From: a phage
Strand: one strand, 5' to 3'
Length of the DNA stretch: 51,987 bases
Sequence record: PZ715803.1
Shown here: one piece after another, positions 44,458 to 51,987 of the stretch
Numbering within the stretch: the stretch's first letter is position 1
Layout of the letters: each line of letters starts with the position of its first letter
Program-made: the position numbers and the translations under genes
The notes under the pieces: generated by a model
The model's input: the letters and a program-made list of their open reading frames with translations, nothing else
What the model was told of the DNA's origin: nothing
Database searches by the model: none

Positions 44458-44873
44458 TTAAGCATGTATTCAATAGCCAACTTAAACTGATTAAATCCGT
44501 AGGCGACCGCAGCGAATCCTCCTAAGCTGCGAACTCGACGCAAAAAAGCCTTTTGTTCATCGCTGACTGGTGATGCTTTACCCTTGCCTGATTTATTCAC
44601 TCGTTTGATCTCAATCGCTGCAAATGGGTATTTCCCGTTTAAACCAATCAGGATGATGAAATCGCTTACTCCCTTAACCAAGCCGGACTGCTGATCAATC
44701 ATCGCCGTTGCTTTAGACTTCTCATTCTCGTTTACCGTATGCCACGCCAGCAAATAAGGATGAGCATAAGTCAACCACTGAAAACTATCTATCTGGTGAT
44801 TAACTTCCCTTCTCGTGTCGGTTGGATCTCTTTCGTAAAACTCAAGATAATCGCCTTTATCAGTTATAGCCAT
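44454..44873 (-). CDS. VRR-NUC domain nuclease (PD-(D/E)XK)
   Basis: 139 aa; D...E-x-K segment (SDFIILIG...AIEIKR). Confidence 0.7.
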   Translation of the reverse strand: MAITDKGDYLEFYERDPTDTRREVNHQIDSFQWLTYAHPYLLAWHTVNENEKSKATAMIDQQSGLVKGVSDFIILIGLNGKYPFAAIEIKRVNKSGKGKASPVSDEQKAFLRRVRSLGGFAAVAYGFNQFKLAIEYMLK

Positions 44874-46870
44874 TAAACAAACTCCCGTTTTGCAATGTTA
44901 TCCTCACCTTTGCCGTTCTTGCGATGCGTTACGCGTACAGGCGGCATGATGTGATGAGCGTATGACATTATTTTACGCGCATTTCTATAGCTCGCCACCA
45001 TACCAGCAATCTTGCGATCCGGTATGTGCTGCAATGCTATTTTTCTCCATATCGTACGGCAAATGTTGCTTTCTGACTCAGGGAAAAATCTTTCGTATGC
45101 CTTGAACGTGTCGCCGTTTGCCTCAAGCTCATAGCAAAAAACAATTCCTTTCTGGTTTTTCGTCATATCAACGCGGAAAGATTTAACGTTGCACCAATCG
45201 TTTTTGGTGTAGTGCTTGCCGCTTAACTTCTCGTTAGGATCGACAAGAGAAATATCGCAACAACGGCATACTCTCGCCACTACGTCGTTTTTTGTTCCGC
45301 AACCGCGCTTGATTATCTTTTTCGTTCTCGGATCTACCTGGTCCTCGCAAATTCTGTAAGTCCAAAAATGCTCGCATCTCTTCCCGTTATCGTCTACGTG
45401 CATACATCGGCGAGCGTAAAAGCTGTTTAGCGTTCCACATATCGGGCAAGTCTTAGGCTCTTTCCCGTTTGTAAACCTCTTTTGGAATTGCGCTTGCTCA
45501 AGGATTGGATCGAAATACAAATCCCCTAACTCATCCATAGTACCAGCAAAATCCAATACAAGATGGTCTTTTTTCTTGAATCCCTGCTCAATGTGCCATT
45601 GCTTAAGCAGTCGCATACCGCGCCCCAAAAGCTGGATAAGCAATGTTAGAGATCCTATCTTTCTCAGTATTACAGAAGTATCCCAAAACGGAACGTTAAC
45701 GCCAGTGGTAAGCGCCTGTACCTGGAAGATGTATTTTACTTTTCCCTCGTATGCCTCCCTCAGCCACTCTTTACGCTGATTGTCTCCAGTCTTGCCAGTT
45801 ATGATCCTGTATTCAACGCCTGGCGGCAGTGCGGCGGCGGCCTCCTTGCAGTGTCTTTCCCCTGCGCATGTAACTAAAACTCCGTTCCTGTCTTTGCATA
45901 TCTCATGGACTTTAGCCATGATTTTCTGTGTCATTGTTGCGTCTTGATGGATCTTTTCTTCCATCTTGCGCAATGTTTTAGCGTCAAAGTCTGAAACGCC
46001 ATCCTCGCTACTGGCTTCGAACTCTGAAAGGTCATACCCCAGGTCGCCTACGTCGCCGAAATTTGTTGGCACTACAGAACCGAATTTGATTAAGTAGTTT
46101 GTGTCTATGTTAGTCACCTGCTCACGCCAGAATCCCTTTTTGTTCTTATCTTCAACCAGTATTGGAACCACGCCGCGAAATTCAGATCCAGTCATACCGA
46201 ATATTCGCAATTCGTGCCCGTATGCCTCGCGACACCTGCGCATCATTTCCATGATTATTACCGTGTACTGTGTGCGTCCTGTTCCGAACATTGGATCGCC
46301 ATTGGAATCAAATTGCTGTTCTTCTCCAATCAGTACAGGCAAATCCTTCTTAGTGGTCATCTGCTGGTAAGATTCATTATTTTCTATCGCGTCGGCGAGA
46401 TCCTCCCAATCCACCTGGTGACATTCATCAATACCGATAACGTGCGGAACATAATCACCTAACGACTTAAACAATCCGTTTACCACAGTGCCCTCAGAAC
46501 CGACTACGATCGGAAAGTATGCGCTTTTTGTTTTCAGTCCGGCGCAATAGATTGAGTTTGGCACGCCAAGATTGCTGATCTCTTCTGAATCCTGATCAAC
46601 AATTTCAGCCTGACGAGCAAGCACCATCATTTTCAATCCCATTTTGCGGCATTGCGCCGCAACCATCGCAAACATCAATGTTTTGCCAGCCGACACAGAA
46701 GCCTTAACAAAGAAAGGATGCTCATAGTTTTTCATGCGCTTTGCGATCTCGGCATACGCAACGCACTGATAAGGATAAGGCACTATATTGCCAACAGTGA
46801 ATCGCTCTTGGATGCTTTTTATTACTGCCTCGCCTAACGCTGATATTTGTTTTTCGATATTTGGAATCAT
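44873..46870 (-). CDS. SF2 DExH-box helicase with C-terminal Cys-rich zinc-ribbon region
   Basis: Walker A SAGKT, DECH box, multiple CxxC pairs in the C-terminal 200 aa. Confidence 0.85.
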   Translation of the reverse strand: MIPNIEKQISALGEAVIKSIQERFTVGNIVPYPYQCVAYAEIAKRMKNYEHPFFVKASVSAGKTLMFAMVAAQCRKMGLKMMVLARQAEIVDQDSEEISNLGVPNSIYCAGLKTKSAYFPIVVGSEGTVVNGLFKSLGDYVPHVIGIDECHQVDWEDLADAIENNESYQQMTTKKDLPVLIGEEQQFDSNGDPMFGTGRTQYTVIIMEMMRRCREAYGHELRIFGMTGSEFRGVVPILVEDKNKKGFWREQVTNIDTNYLIKFGSVVPTNFGDVGDLGYDLSEFEASSEDGVSDFDAKTLRKMEEKIHQDATMTQKIMAKVHEICKDRNGVLVTCAGERHCKEAAAALPPGVEYRIITGKTGDNQRKEWLREAYEGKVKYIFQVQALTTGVNVPFWDTSVILRKIGSLTLLIQLLGRGMRLLKQWHIEQGFKKKDHLVLDFAGTMDELGDLYFDPILEQAQFQKRFTNGKEPKTCPICGTLNSFYARRCMHVDDNGKRCEHFWTYRICEDQVDPRTKKIIKRGCGTKNDVVARVCRCCDISLVDPNEKLSGKHYTKNDWCNVKSFRVDMTKNQKGIVFCYELEANGDTFKAYERFFPESESNICRTIWRKIALQHIPDRKIAGMVASYRNARKIMSYAHHIMPPVRVTHRKNGKGEDNIAKREFV

Positions 46871-46926
46871 CTTAAACCTTTAAAAAATGCCATTTGGAGT
46901 ATATAATAGACTCATTACAATAAACT

Positions 46927-46945
46927 GTTTTAACAAAAAATGCTA
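46927..46945 (-). promoter_or_regulatory. Element variant (ATAGCATTTTTTGTTAAAA), then 22 bp, then TATTAT; promoter of the helicase operon; also abuts the RBS of the divergent gene at 46958
   Basis: 18/19 match; located in the divergent intergenic region. Confidence 0.5.
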
Positions 46946-46957
46946 TGAGGTGACTAG

Positions 46958-47434
46958 ATGAAAGATGCACGAATTGCAGTGTCTACGGGTGAGATCGACA
47001 AGCGCACTATTAACGGTAACAACGGAACGCGACGAGGTAAAGACAAAAAGCCACGAAAACACCGAACCGGATTTCTTATCCTGCGAGATGAGGTAAAAGC
47101 AAGCCTGAAATCTCGCCTTGACATTCTGATCGAGTATTACGGCGGCGTTCCTGCTATGGCTCGACGTCTGCGCGTATCTCAGCAAGTCGTTAACCAGTGG
47201 CGAAAGCGTGGTATGATTTCAGCCGCTGGAGCACAAAAGGTGCATAACGACTACAAATATAATGGATGCAAAGGATACCGCGCCTCGTTTTGTCGTCCAG
47301 ATCTGCGGTTTGATTCTAACGGCAAGCCTCTTACTACCCGTTGCGACAAATACGAAATGTTGCGCGTAGTCAAAAATTCAGACTACGAACCAGGCGGACG
47401 ATTCTACAAAGGTGATAACAGCACGAATAGCTAA
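46958..47434 (+). CDS. Helix-turn-helix DNA-binding protein
   Basis: Cro/CI-like HTH segment (MARRLRVSQQVVNQWRKRG); GAGGTGA RBS. Confidence 0.65.
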   Translation: MKDARIAVSTGEIDKRTINGNNGTRRGKDKKPRKHRTGFLILRDEVKASLKSRLDILIEYYGGVPAMARRLRVSQQVVNQWRKRGMISAAGAQKVHNDYKYNGCKGYRASFCRPDLRFDSNGKPLTTRCDKYEMLRVVKNSDYEPGGRFYKGDNSTNS

Positions 47435-47441
47435 TGATAAG

Positions 47442-47476
47442 GCCCAGCGAAATGATAATATTTGCTGGGCTTTTTT
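47442..47476 (+). terminator. Intrinsic terminator (GCCCAGC...GCTGGGC plus T6)
   Basis: Stem-loop followed by TTTTTTATT. Confidence 0.65.
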
Positions 47477-47488
47477 ATTGAGGTTGCT

Positions 47489-48418
47489 ATGAATACTGAA
47501 AACTTTATGACCTATCAGAAAGAAGATGTTTTGCCATATATGAAGGGGTTATGGCGTGAAGCACTACAAAGCATTTGCGGACTGCATAGCGATGTTTTCA
47601 ACAAAAAGCATCAGCCTTGCCCACACTGCGGCGGTAAGGATCGTTTTAGATGGACTGATAAGCTAAATGAAGAGGGCGACGGCGGCGCGATCTGCAACGT
47701 GTGCGGTAACGACACGGGGATCGGTTGGTTAATGAAATTAACTGGCGAACCTTACAGCGAGGCCATCAACATTTTGGGTCGCTTCCTCGGAAAAGTGCCG
47801 CAGGATTACAGGATCAGAGCAAACAAACGCGCTTCGCGTTCTTCTGGTTACTCGTTCGGGAAACAGGCAAGTCATGAATGCTGCGAAAAAGTGATGGCAA
47901 AAACATTAAAATTCGATCGCACACCTTTAAGCGTTTATGAGGGGATATATCCGCCGGAAGGTTGTCATTATGATTGCGGCGTCAAGGATGGTCGATACAT
48001 TCACGCGCTACCTTGTCACCTGGTGCATGATGATGGGCTGGATGATGAAATGTGTAACGTGCTTTTCATTGATGAGGATGGAAAGGATTGGTTTTTAGCT
48101 CGCGACTACACGCGCGGGTCTGTTGTTAAAACAGGTAGCACAGATAAGACGATCTATTTGTGCCTTGATTGGGTTGATTCCCAGCATGTTCATTTATCAA
48201 CTGGTCAAGAGGTGTGGGCCTGCTTTACTCCTTCAAATCTTGAAATGGTTGCGCATAGATATAAAGGAGAAAGAAGAATGCGCGTAGTCTGCCGGAAGGA
48301 TGATCGTGATGTGATAATCGCGGCAGAGGAAAGAGGTCTTGACATAATGATGCCTGTTAACGATAATTTTAAACAGGGCGTAGAAAGAAAACTCTACAAG
48401 CCCGAATCACTGCTATAA
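47489..48418 (+). CDS. Putative DNA primase (zinc-ribbon CxxC...CxxC N-terminus)
   Basis: CPHCGG...CNVCG zinc-binding motif near N-terminus; ATG 47489 with GAGG RBS. Confidence 0.6.
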   Translation: MNTENFMTYQKEDVLPYMKGLWREALQSICGLHSDVFNKKHQPCPHCGGKDRFRWTDKLNEEGDGGAICNVCGNDTGIGWLMKLTGEPYSEAINILGRFLGKVPQDYRIRANKRASRSSGYSFGKQASHECCEKVMAKTLKFDRTPLSVYEGIYPPEGCHYDCGVKDGRYIHALPCHLVHDDGLDDEMCNVLFIDEDGKDWFLARDYTRGSVVKTGSTDKTIYLCLDWVDSQHVHLSTGQEVWACFTPSNLEMVAHRYKGERRMRVVCRKDDRDVIIAAEERGLDIMMPVNDNFKQGVERKLYKPESLL

Positions 48419-48435
48419 AACTCCGCTAGTATTAC

Positions 48436-48459
48436 CCCGCTTATGCGGGGTTTTTTTTT
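48436..48459 (+). terminator. Intrinsic terminator (CCCCGCTTATGCGGGG plus T9)
   Basis: Perfect hairpin and long T-run; hairpin sequence resembles the one at nt 6-23. Confidence 0.7.
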
Positions 48460-48490
48460 GCATTTGAAAATGCTATTATCTGCATTGTCA

Positions 48491-48507
48491 TTAGCAAAAA
48501 GTGCTAT
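48491..48507 (-). promoter_or_regulatory. Element variant (TTAGCAAAAAGTGCTAT on plus), inverted relative to and abutting the RBS of the tail fibre gene
   Basis: Core GTGCTATTTA shared with copies at 21892 and 27428. Confidence 0.45.
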
Positions 48508-48524
48508 TTAGGAGGATTTTACAA

Positions 48525-51500
48525 ATGGCAATTTACAGACAAGGCCAAGCGTCTATGGACGCGCAAGGTTATGTAACTGGTTACGACACAAAATGGCGTG
48601 AGCAATTAACCTTGATTCGCCCAGGTGCGACAATTTTTTTCTTAAGCGAGCAATTACAGGCCGCAGTTATCACAGAAGTGATTAACGATACAAGCATTCG
48701 CGCTATTTCAACTGGCGGCGTTGAAGTGCCTCGGACGAATTACATTATCCTTCTTCACGACTCCTTAACCGTTGACGGCCTGGCGCAAGACGTAGCGGAA
48801 ACGTTGCGTTATTACCAGGGGAAAGAGGCTGTAATTGAGGAAGCGATCGAGTTTTTCAAAACCTTTAAGGATTGGGATCGCGTAAATGAGATCGTGCAGC
48901 AAATCAAGGAGTATTCCGACTCTGCGAAAACTTCCGCAGATAATGCTGCTCAAGCGAACGTATCTGCTAATCAGTGGGCGCAAAACGCATCTAACTCAGC
49001 AAGCGAATCAAAGACGGCTCGCGATCAGTCTGTTGCCGCAAATAATGCAGCACAGCAAGCTAAGACTGACGCGCAAAATGCAAACGCCTCCGCTCAGGGC
49101 GCTAAAGATAATGCTGCGCAATCCGCAGCCGATGCGCTTAATTATAGAAATCAAGCTCAATCTATTGTTGGCAGCGACATTGGCTTAGGATCAGCGCCTC
49201 GCGATTGCCCTGACATTTCCGGCAATCCATCCGGTTATATTGGCTTTATGCGCATTATGGCAAGCGCTAAAGGTTTTCCGTCTATTGCGTCAGGCGAAAG
49301 TAGTCTTACTGGTTTTATTAGCCAAGTTGACGGAAGTCCTGCATATACAGGCATCTTCCAGGGCTGGGCATCAAGATCGCTTTATACTTACCGTTGGAGT
49401 ACAGGCACAGGCCCACAATGGACGCGACATGCTCGCAAAGATGAGGTTAGCAGGCTTTCACAAATAGCAAATGATCAGACTCGTCTTTACGCTGGAAACG
49501 GAACAACATATTTTGAGATTGGCAACGATCGCGCGTGGGGTGTTTATGATTCTGCGTCTGGTCAGTGGAAGCCATTAGATCTTGCTCAGGGTGGCACTGG
49601 TGGGAGAAATGCAGGGCAAGCAAGACAAAACCTTCAGGTTTTCCAAGAGCAAAAAACAGACCTTGCAGATAAAAACATAAACGATTTAACTGGTGAATAC
49701 AGCGGTGTTTATCGGCAAACCACAAACAGCAAAGCTACATCAGCAAATGGATACCCAGTAGAGGCAGCTGGTTCTCTTGTTGTTTTGATTAATGGTGCAA
49801 ACAAACCTAGTGGATGCATTCAGATATACTATCCATACAATGACAACAAGAAATTTTATATCCGTTTTTATGATGCAGCGACTAGCACATGGAGAGCGTG
49901 GGCACAGTGGAATCAGCCAGAAGATACGGACGATTTTAGAAATCGTATAGGCTTGGGGAGAAACAATGTTAGAGACTTTTTAACGCTTGGTTTGAGATCT
50001 ACATACTCGCAACCGCTTTCAATATCAAGCCAGAATCCAACAATTAGATTCGATGAAACTGATCGACCTTCTGGCTCGCCGCTTTACGAATTTGTTTTCG
50101 ATGGTGGCAACTGGCGAATCCAGAAAGGAGGGGAAGGATTTAAAGGTGAGTATGTTTTAAGCTATGAGTATGCCAACGATAGAATTGTTATTGGAAATTT
50201 AAAAGCTGATAACATTTTTGTTCCAAGAGACAAACTGCAAAACACGAAAGACAATCTCTTGATCCCTAATACCGGATTAGCAAGATGGATTGATTACAAC
50301 GCTCCTGCTGGTGCTGAATCTGGTAAATATTACCCAGTTGTAATAACACATCCTGCTGGATGGAATGGTGATGCGTTTATCGAAGTTTCAATGCGCACAA
50401 GATCTTTAAGTGGATCTCAAGAACCTAACTGCAACATGATCCATTTATGGATTCGTGATGCTGGATGGTCTGACATGGGGCAAGGCGCTTTCGGTCATTA
50501 TCACTGTTATGATTCTGGAGAGGTTGCGATTTTATGTGTGCGAGGAACTGATAAGGGCCAATATCCGCATAACGTTGTTTATGTTCGCGGCGATGCATTC
50601 CCGATCAGGTTATCAACCACAGTTGGTTGCACAGTTACAATTCCTACGGCAGATTGGCGCCCTAGTACAGCAAGCGATTCACCAATTTATAAATGGGGTA
50701 TTGCTGATGCTAACGATGGGACTACAAGTGAGTTTGGTTGTACAAACCTGTTAAACTTCACTCGCGGGCGAACTGGTTTCTATAGCAACAATCAATTCGT
50801 TGATGGTAACGGTAATAAATATTTGCGAGATGGGCTTGGTGACGGTGGAACTATAACGCTTGGTATTGCTAATCTTGTTAACAATGGAAAAATTACGTCA
50901 AACGGAGGTGTCATTGCTCAAGGTGATCTCACGGAAGAGTTTTCGTTTATTTCTAAGTTAACTGATGCTGGCGTGACTACTGTTATTGGTCAGTCAGAAT
51001 TCCGTGCTGGTGAGAATCAGGGGCAAGTTGTTGTAAGGGATCTAACAAGCTCTGGAAACCATAAATTTTTCAACTTCAATCTTGATGGCACTTTTGGCGC
51101 TCCTTTAGGTTATGTTACACAAACTGGAACGGACTGGAATACTCAACAAACTGACAATGTAAACAAGTTTAGACCAATTGCCGGGCAAGCTAACTCACCT
51201 GAAAACAACGTTGTTTATGGTGGATTTCACATTGGCTTTAGTGGAAGCTACGGTGCTCAATTTGCTATGCGTAATAACAGGGCCGCATTCAGGACGATTG
51301 AGGCTGGTCAATTTGGAGGTTGGAACAGGTTAGCAACATGGGCGACTGATAACGAATGGTCAGGGAAAAGCTATCACAATCAAGCTGTTATTTTGAGGGG
51401 GTCATCATCAAGCAAGGACTTTAAGATTCAAAATGATAAAAACTCAGCGATTGGTGGGACAATTAATTTGTGGGGTGCATCTTCAAGACCTACGGTTATG

Positions 51501-51986
51501 GAGTTTAAACTTGATAATGGTTATCTTTTTTATGCTCAGCAAAATACTGATAGTTCAAGGGTGCTCCAGGTGAATGGGGTTGCGCAAGCAACGGCATTTA
51601 ACCAGACTTCTGATCGTGACTTGAAGGACAACATCAAAGAGATTGAGAACGCAACTGAATCATTGCGCAAAATGAGCGGATACACTTACACGCTTAAGGA
51701 GAATGGTTTACCTTATGCTGGGGTAATTGCTCAAGAAGTAATGGAGGCAATACCGGAAGCGGTTAGCGGATTCACTCAGTACACGGATCTTGCTGGTCCA
51801 ACTAAGGATGGAAATCAGTTAGTTGGCGAGGAGAGATTCTTATCTGTTGATTATGGTGCTGTTACTGGATTGCTTGTGAAAGTATGCCGTGAAAGTGACG
51901 ATCGCATAAGCAAACTTGAAAAGGAGGTTGCAGAATTAAAAGATTTACTGTCAAAGCTAATCAACAATCCTACTACTCTTAACTAA
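48525..51986 (+). CDS. Side tail fibre protein with C-terminal intramolecular chaperone (peptidase S74-like) domain
   Basis: 1153 aa; C-terminal SDRDLKDNI...coiled-coil typical of auto-cleaving fibre chaperone domains; GGAGG RBS. Confidence 0.8.
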   Translation: MAIYRQGQASMDAQGYVTGYDTKWREQLTLIRPGATIFFLSEQLQAAVITEVINDTSIRAISTGGVEVPRTNYIILLHDSLTVDGLAQDVAETLRYYQGKEAVIEEAIEFFKTFKDWDRVNEIVQQIKEYSDSAKTSADNAAQANVSANQWAQNASNSASESKTARDQSVAANNAAQQAKTDAQNANASAQGAKDNAAQSAADALNYRNQAQSIVGSDIGLGSAPRDCPDISGNPSGYIGFMRIMASAKGFPSIASGESSLTGFISQVDGSPAYTGIFQGWASRSLYTYRWSTGTGPQWTRHARKDEVSRLSQIANDQTRLYAGNGTTYFEIGNDRAWGVYDSASGQWKPLDLAQGGTGGRNAGQARQNLQVFQEQKTDLADKNINDLTGEYSGVYRQTTNSKATSANGYPVEAAGSLVVLINGANKPSGCIQIYYPYNDNKKFYIRFYDAATSTWRAWAQWNQPEDTDDFRNRIGLGRNNVRDFLTLGLRSTYSQPLSISSQNPTIRFDETDRPSGSPLYEFVFDGGNWRIQKGGEGFKGEYVLSYEYANDRIVIGNLKADNIFVPRDKLQNTKDNLLIPNTGLARWIDYNAPAGAESGKYYPVVITHPAGWNGDAFIEVSMRTRSLSGSQEPNCNMIHLWIRDAGWSDMGQGAFGHYHCYDSGEVAILCVRGTDKGQYPHNVVYVRGDAFPIRLSTTVGCTVTIPTADWRPSTASDSPIYKWGIADANDGTTSEFGCTNLLNFTRGRTGFYSNNQFVDGNGNKYLRDGLGDGGTITLGIANLVNNGKITSNGGVIAQGDLTEEFSFISKLTDAGVTTVIGQSEFRAGENQGQVVVRDLTSSGNHKFFNFNLDGTFGAPLGYVTQTGTDWNTQQTDNVNKFRPIAGQANSPENNVVYGGFHIGFSGSYGAQFAMRNNRAAFRTIEAGQFGGWNRLATWATDNEWSGKSYHNQAVILRGSSSSKDFKIQNDKNSAIGGTINLWGASSRPTVMEFKLDNGYLFYAQQNTDSSRVLQVNGVAQATAFNQTSDRDLKDNIKEIENATESLRKMSGYTYTLKENGLPYAGVIAQEVMEAIPEAVSGFTQYTDLAGPTKDGNQLVGEERFLSVDYGAVTGLLVKVCRESDDRISKLEKEVAELKDLLSKLINNPTTLN

Positions 51987-51987
51987 A

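Noticed and set aside
2741-48507. CRISPR array or sigma54 promoters as explanations for the repeated 19-bp element
   Set aside because: Copies are 0.4-9 kb apart and flank genes, with no regular repeat-spacer periodicity, so it is not a CRISPR array. The sigma54 -24/-12 consensus needs GG and GC dinucleotides that are absent (TAGCAC-N5-GTTA).

Overview
The window reads as a complete or near-complete genome of a T1-like (Drexlerviridae-type) enterobacterial siphovirus, about 52 kb, probably circularly permuted: the side tail fibre gene ends 1 nt before the window end and a GC hairpin plus T-run sits at nt 6-28. Gene blocks alternate in strand. (1) 33-2314 minus: recombination module (exonuclease, ERF annealing protein, SSB). 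(2) 2816-3979 plus: a small self-contained cassette (lipoprotein plus two unknown ORFs) with its own promoter and terminator. (3) 4008-24008 minus: the morphogenesis operon in lambda-like order (TerS, TerL, portal, head morphogenesis, scaffold, two paralogous head proteins, major capsid, connector/neck proteins, major tail, G/GT chaperone with a -1 frameshift, tape measure, M, L, K, I, J). (4) 24087-32666 minus: early genes, mostly small unknowns, including a P-loop kinase, a HAD phosphatase and a second lipoprotein. (5) 33359-40430 plus: early/middle genes including a cytosine-C5 methyltransferase-like protein and a Walker A/B ATPase. (6) 40445-46870 minus: u-spanin, SAR endolysin, holin, HTH-metallophosphoesterase, Dam methylase, VRR-NUC nuclease, SF2 helicase. 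(7) 46958-51986 plus: HTH protein, primase, side tail fibre with a C-terminal S74-type chaperone domain. The most unusual signal is not a protein: a 19-bp element (consensus ATAGCACTTTTTGTTAAAA) recurs about 18 times at gene boundaries, usually followed 22 bp later by a -10-like hexamer; it looks like a phage-specific promoter module with non-canonical spacing. Two related ~0.5 kb non-coding regions with CA-rich tracts and TGATTA repeats at 10-bp phase, and hairpin plus T-run modules before almost every late gene, are also unexplained by the coding annotation. All calls rest on reading the sequence and translations by eye; no database search was run. Coordinates of non-CDS features are approximate (about +/-2 nt), because the printed line numbering disagrees with the ORF track by 1 nt in at least one place.
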